DNA from: the human T2T-CHM13v2.0 reference genome, Homo sapiens
DNA length: 64,000 bases
Direction: 5' to 3' (one strand)
Assembly: GCF_009914755.1 (NCBI RefSeq)
Contig: NC_060934.1
Part shown: positions 56,055 through 64,000 of the stretch, one piece after another
How positions within the stretch are numbered: position 1 is the first letter of the stretch
How the letters are laid out: each line of letters opens with the position of its first letter
Made by a program: the position numbers and the translations under genes
The notes under the pieces: model-generated
Databases searched by the model: none
What the model saw: the letters and a program-made list of their open reading frames with translations, nothing else
Told to the model about the DNA's origin: nothing

Positions 56055-59023
56055 AAGATAACTAGCTTGGTAGAGAACTGAAGGAATGTGGTAAACATAT
56101 CACATAGAAATTGATAGAAATGATGCGGGGAGGTAATCAAATAAATGGATTTAAAGTCATTCTTGGGACCAAGCTGAGTTTAGAAACCTTGGACGTGGAG
56201 TGGTTATCAATCTGAATCTCTGGTGGGAGGACAGTAGAAAGGGAGAAGATAGGTTGGAAAATGTATCCAGGGTTTGGGTTTCCTCTGATAATTAAGACAG
56301 AAGGGCTGGACCACAGAAGAGTTGATGTTAAGAATATGGGTTACCCAGATTATTTGGGCACACATGAGTGGCTACAGAAGGAAGAAAAACTAGGAGCCTT
56401 TTGATAAATTAAGGGGAAATGAAAAGAGCAATAACAATGTGAGAATTACACAGATAGCATCGATTGGGTGTCTTTGTGTGCCAGGTGCTGTGTTGCATAA
56501 GCAACGACCTCAGAGACTGATATTACTCCCTTTGTTCAGCTGAATCATTTTAGCCTTAGAAAGATAAGTAGTTTTCCTTGCAAAAATCATTGATTTACAA
56601 GTAAGATTAAATTCCAGGTCTGTCTGACTCTGGTGTCTAAGTTTCTAACCTCTGAGGGCTTGGAGTTTACTAAGAAATCAAAAGCAATAGAAATGAGTGT
56701 GAAGCACATGGAAGAGTGGGAGGTTGTGGTCTGAGGGGGGGAATGTTTAAGGTCCAGTTTCATCATTTAAGTCATTACTGCTAATGCCTAGATTAAGGAT
56801 ATGTGTGACCAAAATTGAAGAGGGGTGAAGATCACTCTATAATGGGCTCCTAGAAATTGCAGCGACTGTCTTCTTGGAAGGATTATATATAGAACACTGA
56901 CATTTGCTAGAATTATAGCAAGCATTAAAATGGAAGGATGGGGAAAGAGAATGAGAGAAAGAAAGGCAGGAGTTGCATAGCTATGGGAACTAAAATTAGA
57001 GATTGAGGAATAAGAATTTATTGTAATCATGCAGGAATGTCTCACAAACCCAAGGGCGTTAATGCAACTGGGCCTCAAGAAAGGCGGATGAGGAGCAGGA
57101 GGAATGTAGGCAAAATCAATAGTGATATCAAATGATCTTCTTTTATTTGAGCAACTTTCTCTGCTCTGTAGTGTACACAGTTGAAAATGACTTGCCTCAG
57201 TTCCCGAAATTTTACATGTGCCCCATTTCATATACTCACCTATCTTGAGACAAAGTTTTTCAGCTTCCTTGAAAAAGGAGCACTTGTGAGGCAGATGCTC
57301 ACCATAAGATCATACTGTACAAAGTGAATGCTAAGTTAAAGGAGGCAGTGGTGATGAGAAACAGTTCCCTGAGAAGTGGGAATATCCTTCTTACAGGGGT
57401 CTATGCCTGCTGTCTTGGAAATACATACTTAAAATTTTTAAGCTTTTATTTCAGTAAGAATTTGCCTAACACCCTCAACCTACCTCCTCTCATATTTTGT
57501 GCTAAAGTTCTTACAAAAGTGCTTAACGGCTAGAAATTAGAAAATAAACTGGTGTCTACTAGAAAGCCAAAATGAACATACTCAAGAGTCCCAAACAAGT
57601 TAGAATTTATATTTAAACTTCCTAGAGACTATATTTGTTCCTACAATGCCTTTGGTAGTTCTCAATTCTAGCAACATCCTAACTACCTAGAAAATGAAAA
57701 GCGTTAGGTGGTCAATATTCTCCTTTGAGTATTTACACTAAAGTAGATTCCCAAACAAGAAAACTGTTTATACACCACGTTAGAATGAGTGGTAAATTTA
57801 AATAGAATTGATGTCTTTTAAATAAAGAACTGCTTTAAATGGTTTCATTAATTATTGCCATCAGTACTATTAAAAGCATCTTTACACTAATGGATATGTA
57901 GAAAGCTTTTTTTCCCTTCCTAAGAATCTTTTCATTAGTTAGTTCTCAGAAAAGGCAGACATGGCTCCAGATGTGCTTTGTGTACAATAGTTGGGAAGAA
58001 TAAGCTACTGAAGTTTTATTAAATATCTACTTTATAAAAGTACTAAAACTAGGAGTTAAATTATTCATTATTTAGTGGGTATCATTTTTAAGGGTGCCGC
58101 TAAAAACTCATAATCAAACTATAATTTTATTTTAATATATATCATAAATATATATACATAATATTATAAATATAATTATAAAATGTAAGATTCCCCTGCC
58201 AAGGGATCATCAAACATTTTATCCTTGAGCTCTGGGCTCTTTTCATTTAGAATGTTTAGAACCCTGTTCCCTAAAGGGGTTGGAACCTGGTTTTCAGAAG
58301 TGGGTGGGCAGGCATTGCATGCCTTGCTAGAAAGAGAAGGGCTATTCTGGGAAAAGGCTCTCTGAAACCAGAGAGGAGGGCAGAATTTTGTGGGTGCCAT
58401 AAGAAGCAATGGTGTATCTCTCCACCACAGAGTGCCACAGAAAAGGAGTCTTCTCAGCTGGGTGACAGCTGCTTGGATGTCTATGAAGGTAACTCAGTTT
58501 CTCACCTTGAATTGAGTGCTTTGTCTAAGTCCAATAGAGAGGACCTTGGGTGAGGGCCAGAGCTCTGAAAACTTTTAGAAGATGATCTGGGCCAACATTT
58601 TACAGAGCATCATTTAGCAAGAAGCAATGGTAACTTCAGAGGACCGGAGGCTAGACCTTTCTCACAATTTCATGGCTTTGATACATGGCAGGTTTCATGT
58701 ATAATCCTAACAAGGGAAAGAAAGCACTGAAGAATTTCTGTGGATAGACTTTTTTTTGACCTAGGCAAGAGGCAATATGCAGCTGGACTTAGTATTTTTT
58801 AAATAAAGTATTTTTAAAACAAAAAATATTTCTAAATTTATAATTATGTTATAATTATATAATAAATAATGTTACTGATAAGTATCAAAAGTAAGACTAT
58901 AATATTATTCTCTCTCTCCCTTCTAATCATTTCTACTTTTCTACATATACATAGAGAGCCAGATGTGTAAATATGTATCTTTTTACACATACTTACATAC
59001 AAAAATGTACAAAGATCTGTAGG

Positions 59024-59325
59024 TTTTTTTTTTTTTTTTTTGAGACAGAGTTTCGCTCTTGTCGCCCAGGCTGGAGGTGCAGTGGCCCGATCTCAGCTCA
59101 CTGTAACCTCAGCCTTCTGGGCTCAAGCGATTCTCCTGCCTCAGCCTCCTAAGTAACTGGGATTGCAGGCGCCTGCCACCACGCCCGGCTAATTTCTGTA
59201 TTTTTAGTAGAGATGGGGTTTCACCACGTTAGCCAGGCTGGTCGCAAACTCCTGATCTCAGGTGATCCACTTGCCTTGGCGTCCTAAAGTGCTGGGATTA
59301 CAGGGGTGAGCCACCGCACCCCACC
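59024..59325 (-). mobile_element. Alu (AluS family)
   Basis: Antisense full dimer; imperfect TSD aaagatctgt/aaatatctgt. Confidence 0.95.
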
Positions 59326-59501
59326 AAATATCTGTGGTCTTTACATGTGTGAGTCTTTCCCTTTCTTCCTGTAACTCTCAATCATCGTTCCCTTTCTCTT
59401 TCTCAATATATTCCTCTATTTATTTATCTTTATTCGGGTATAAGTACAGATATCTCTATTATTCTCTTAAGGTAAACAAATTTTGCTTAAAGGTGTACAC
59501 T

Positions 59502-60025
59502 TGTATTAGGGTTCTCTAGAGGGACAGAACTAATAGGACAGATGTATATATAAAGTGGAGTTTATTAAGAAGTATTGACTCACACGATCACAAGGTGAAG
59601 TCCCACAAAAGGCCATCTGCTGAAGAGCAAGGAAGCCAATCTGAGTCCCAAAACCTCAAAAGTAGGAAAGTTGACAGTGCAACCTTCTCTCTGTGGTCAA
59701 AGGCCTGAGAGCCCCCGGCAAACCACTGGTGTAAGTCCAAGAGTTCAAAAGCCGAAGAACTTGGAGTCTGATGTTCGAGGGCAGGAAGCATTCAGTGTGG
59801 GAGAAAGATGAAGGCTGGAAAGCTCAGCCAGTCTAGCCTGCTTTTATTTAAGCCATGATGGCAGCTGATTAGATGGCACCCACCCAGATTGAGGGTGGGT
59901 TTGCCTCTCCTAGTCCACTGACTCAAATTTTAATCTCCTTTGGCAATGCCCTCACAGATGTACTCAGAAACAATACTTTGCATCCTTCAATCCAATCAAG
60001 TTGACATTCAATATTAACCATCACA
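59502..60025 (-). mobile_element. MLT2A (HERV-L) solo LTR
   Basis: tgtattagggttctctagagggacagaactaatagga...caagttgaca.tca.tattaaccatcaca; perfect TSD ACACT. Confidence 0.92.
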
Positions 60026-63000
60026 ACACTGTCTGGGCAATCAAGTTTCCTGATTCACTCATGACTGTCTCAGTTTTAGAACTAGTCTCATGTCCCAAGA
60101 AGCTGCTCAGTACCAGGCAAATTGGGACTGTTGGTCATATAATATTCAATGAAGCTTTCAAACAAAGAAATTAAAACACAAAAAGTCAGGAAGTTGTAAT
60201 GTAAAAATGCATCTGATAATTCATAATACATGATGAATATAGAGTTACATGTAAATAATTCCAACTTTAGACCAAAAAATATAAAAAAATTAAAAAAAAA
60301 TGCCCTAAGAAATTAAGATGTGCTACTTAAAAAAAATTTTACTCAGGTCAGGAAAAAGGCAAAATACACTACTTCATTCTTAAAATTGAACTATTTGGAA
60401 ATGTCGTATAATAACTGTATATTTAAAAAGAGTAAGGTCACCATTAGGAGAATAAAAATGGATTTTATGAAACACTTATGTATGTGATACACACATATAT
60501 GAATATATACATAAATTATATGCCAATCTGCTTTGTTATTTCTGGTTTCTCATGAATACCTTTGTATTTCAAGAAATATACATTTACATCATAATTTGCA
60601 AAGGCTGCACAGCATTATATTTTATAGAATTGTTATACTTCTGACAGCTAAAAGCAGACTCTGAAACCAAATAATCCTTTTGATTTTGGGCAGACTAGTG
60701 AATATCTCTACGCCTCGGATGGGAGAATTAAATTCTTTGATACTAGTAAGCATTTGTAAAAGTATATGGTGCAAGAATGTTATTGTTATTAAGGCACCAT
60801 AATATATTTAATGTATGCAATTCATACAGGTCCAACTTTTTCCTGTAAAATAACTTCAATTCAATTATGAGGAAAACACTATGCGTATTTCACAGTATTT
60901 TATTCATAAACGCCTTTATTTTAGCAATCAATAAAAACCATTAAAATCCAAGCTCTTCCAGAAATTCCCAGGTTCCCAAATGGTGCTTAGAGTAAAACCT
61001 GTGACCTTTCAAATTTCACGTGCTGACATATATCTGAAATAATATAAGCTTATGTATAAAGTCTCATAATATTCATGAAGATCCCCAAATCAATCAAATA
61101 AGAATAGTATCTGTCACATAAAATTTGTGTATAATCCCAACTCTGAAAATGTATAACCTGAGTAGTTCTTAAAAATAAAACGCCAAGGAATAATTCAGAA
61201 GAATATATATTTTTTATTTTCTTAGTCCACAGGGGGAAAAACTAGTTTGTATTGGGTTAATACCAGAAAGTATACTTCATCTAATTGGATCTATCTTGTC
61301 TAAGCCCTCATTTTAAAGGTTAATGTTCTGAGCCCCATGGGTTGCAAAAGTGATTTTTCCAAGATCGAGTAGCTACAGCTTGAATAGCCCCATATTCTCA
61401 ACCCTTTTGGGAGCATCTCTCATTGTATTTTACGCTCCCAGAAGGATAGAACTCTTCCCAAATCCTCTGAGGTTTCAGTGGGAAAGCAGTGAATGATTTG
61501 TCAGAAACAAACCCACTCCTAGTCAATGTCTCCAGTGTTATTCTCTTCCTTACATTTGATTTTGATTTTGATTCCTGTGTTTCTGGGTGTGGCTTACTCC
61601 TGCTACTACATTCTCCAGGCACATTTCTAATATAAGGGTGTTGGGAATGGTTCACTTCTACTGAAAACGTGAGGGTAACAACAAGCAATTGCAACAAAAA
61701 GGAGGAGGTAAGTTAGCATTTAATATCAGGTATCGCTATTCTAAAAAAATTTAGCCATTTACTGCCATAGAAATGTTCCCAAGTGACTACAGCTCTTCCG
61801 AGGATTCCATCTCCTGCTACACATTGAATCTTTCTCCTGCTCTTCTACTTGTTCTGTCTCTCTCTCTGCACTTCCCCTTGCCCACAGTTCTCCTATTTTT
61901 CTTCTCTTCATGATAAAACTTTCCTCTCTTTCATCTTAGACTATCCCTTAAAAACTCAAAGTTTTTATTTCTTTAATATGTATCCCTCCTCTGGAATTTT
62001 TACATTTTTCACTTAAAGATAATATGCATTTTTTCAAAGATAATAACACCTCCTGACTTCTTACAAGCATTATTATACTTTCCTAAAAGACCAAACTTTG
62101 ACAGTCAGTGTTTATCTTAGGTAGGTTTCTCCCACAACATTTTTGAAACAACATATTGATTGTAGAGGATATTTCTTGGGTCATATTGAAAAAAACAAAA
62201 AAATGTTTCCCAGTGGGAGACTATGGCTTCATGGAGATGCAGATTCTCCTAGGAAACAGCTTTTTAAGACAAGATCTGTGTATTTGCTCCTCTTTAGTAG
62301 GTTTCCAAAACAATAAGTTGAAGAGCCTGAGGGACATTCTGCAACTCTGTCACATTTCTACAATGGATCTGAAAGTGTCTGTAGCCTCTCTCACAGCCAG
62401 AGAGGATCTCTGCGTATTGGTGAGTCATGCTAAATGCACACCAGAGCAATCGGGGAGGGAACAAGGCAGGCACGTCCTCTCCTGCATTTCTGTGTCCTCT
62501 CCCTGACTCCAACCCATTAAGGCATAGGAATGTTTTAAGATGCCAGATGCAGACCCACACATGGAGGCACACTTTGAGGTTCAGGGGTATGGGGCACAGT
62601 AGGCACATGTGTCTTCATTTCCTTTTACATACACTCATAGCCCATTTTTTAAAAAGTTTCCCCCAGACTCTGTTTACCCCATTGTCTTTTTCTCAGGCAT
62701 CACAATTCCTGGCATTTACTCTATACCTGGCCTCCCCTCATTCGGAACTTCACCTTTGGTGACTTGCTCTGTCCTTGCTCAAATTTGATTTGGATTTATT
62801 TCTTGTTTTTAACTTCACTCTGCCTTTGTCCCTTTGACTGCTCTACCTCAGAGAGCACCACGGGCAGAGGGGGCTCTACCATGAAGCTACTGAACTTTCA
62901 GCTTCAAGGCCACTCACATGCACGGTCCCGTTTGAAGGCTGCCAGTTCCAAAAAAAAAGTGTAGAGAATTTTGGGGAGAAGTTAGGTTGCGTTTGTATGT

Positions 63001-63106
63001 AAGTATTTCCGAAAAATTGTCTAAAAGAATCTCAAAAGAAAGAAACCTGGGTATCCAAGACTTCAATAAGTGTTTGTGATATTTTCTTAGTCTAAATAAA
63101 TATTCT

Positions 63107-63242
63107 GGTCGGGCATGGTGGGTAGTTGATGCCTGTAATCCCATCACTTTGGGAGGCTGAGGCAGGCAGGTGGATCACTTGAGCCCGGGAGTTGGATACC
63201 AGCCTGGGCATCATGGCAAAACCCCATCTTCATTTAAAAATT
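63107..63242 (+). mobile_element. Alu left monomer (FLAM/AluJ fragment)
   Basis: Single arm, gcctgtaatccc..cactttgggaggctgaggc...aaaaccccatct. Confidence 0.85.
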
Positions 63243-63738
63243 AATTAATTAATATTATATTTAATGCCTAATTATGAACTTGTGATTTTTGTATTAACTT
63301 TCCTAAAGAGGCAACCTCAAATTGCATGAGCTTGAGGCCCCTTGCAGCCTGGATCAGACCTTGACCATCAGATAGAGATTATATTCATGATGGCTTCCAA
63401 ACAGTATCCAGACAGACTAAGTTGAAGCATTCTCAGTGCTTGAGAAAATAAGGTGACCTTGAAGAGCAAAATTAGAAAATTCAGCAAATTTATTAAAATA
63501 TTCACTACCCGGAGAAGTGCTACCTAAGAATTAGAATATATACCAGGTATAAAGTGCAAATATTAAGTCCTGGGATCTTATTCAATTCTTCTCTTTAAGA
63601 GAACAGAGGCCACATGTGACTTTATCATGATTATATCCCAGTTTCTATATGATTCCTGGCACAATTGGTGCTTAATAAATACTTGTAAAATAAATAAATT
63701 AATAGGTGTGTGTAACAGAAGTCATAGCCTTATAAAAT

Positions 63739-63877
63739 CACTGATTAAAAGGTTTTAATTATCTAGAGAGAGAATGCAAGAACTGGAATGTGTCGATATT
63801 TTCAGCACTGATTAAAAAGTTTTAATTATCTAAAGAAAGAAAGCAAGAACTAGAATGTATTGATATTTTCAGCACTG
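63739..63877 (+). repeat. 67-bp tandem duplication (2 copies plus 5 nt)
   Basis: cactgattaaaa.gttttaattatcta.aga.agaa.gcaagaact.gaatgt.t.gatattttcag at 63739 and 63806. Confidence 0.92.
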
Positions 63878-64000
63878 TCTAAGGAAGACTGTGTCCTGGC
63901 ATCCAAAGACAGTAGGTGCCCTTGACAGCCCTCTACGTGCTGTGGAGTTTTCACTGTGGTACAGCAGGACTCCAGGGCACTGTAATTAAGACTGTACACT

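Noticed and set aside
56788-57231. 147-aa minus-strand ORF (also 53558..53923 and 29705..30106)
   Set aside because: Low-complexity hydrophobic translations in or near decayed repeats, with no splice context or recognisable domain.

Overview
Primate (very probably human, 10q23) genomic DNA containing the 3' end of NRG3 (pro-neuregulin-3) on the + strand. I recognised the gene from the spliced translation: transmembrane exon 854-956; cytoplasmic-tail exons 8324-8450, 23162-23289 and 28324-28494; a 72-nt cassette exon 34159-34230; and a last coding exon 34474-34981. All splice phases are compatible. The 3' UTR runs to an AATAAA cluster at 36272-36533. The remainder is intron and downstream intergenic DNA rich in Alu, MIR, L1, L2, MaLR/ERVL/ERV1 LTRs and DNA transposons. 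There is no CRISPR array, rRNA or tRNA, and no second credible protein-coding gene. The most interesting structure is a set of transposon-built switches on the NRG3 cytoplasmic tail. (1) An intronic two-exon alternative ending (4568-4610 plus 5484-5525, poly(A) signal at 7207) takes its acceptor and most of its last codons from an ERVL LTR16 and would give a short-tailed NRG3. (2) The 72-nt cassette exon takes its 5' splice site and a downstream RBFOX motif from a MIR. (3) A sense-oriented solo HERV-H LTR7 with a perfect 5-bp target-site duplication (TSD) sits in the next intron. Repeat subfamily calls are from visual comparison with remembered consensus sequences, not from a search, and I cannot confirm that any finding is absent from existing annotation.
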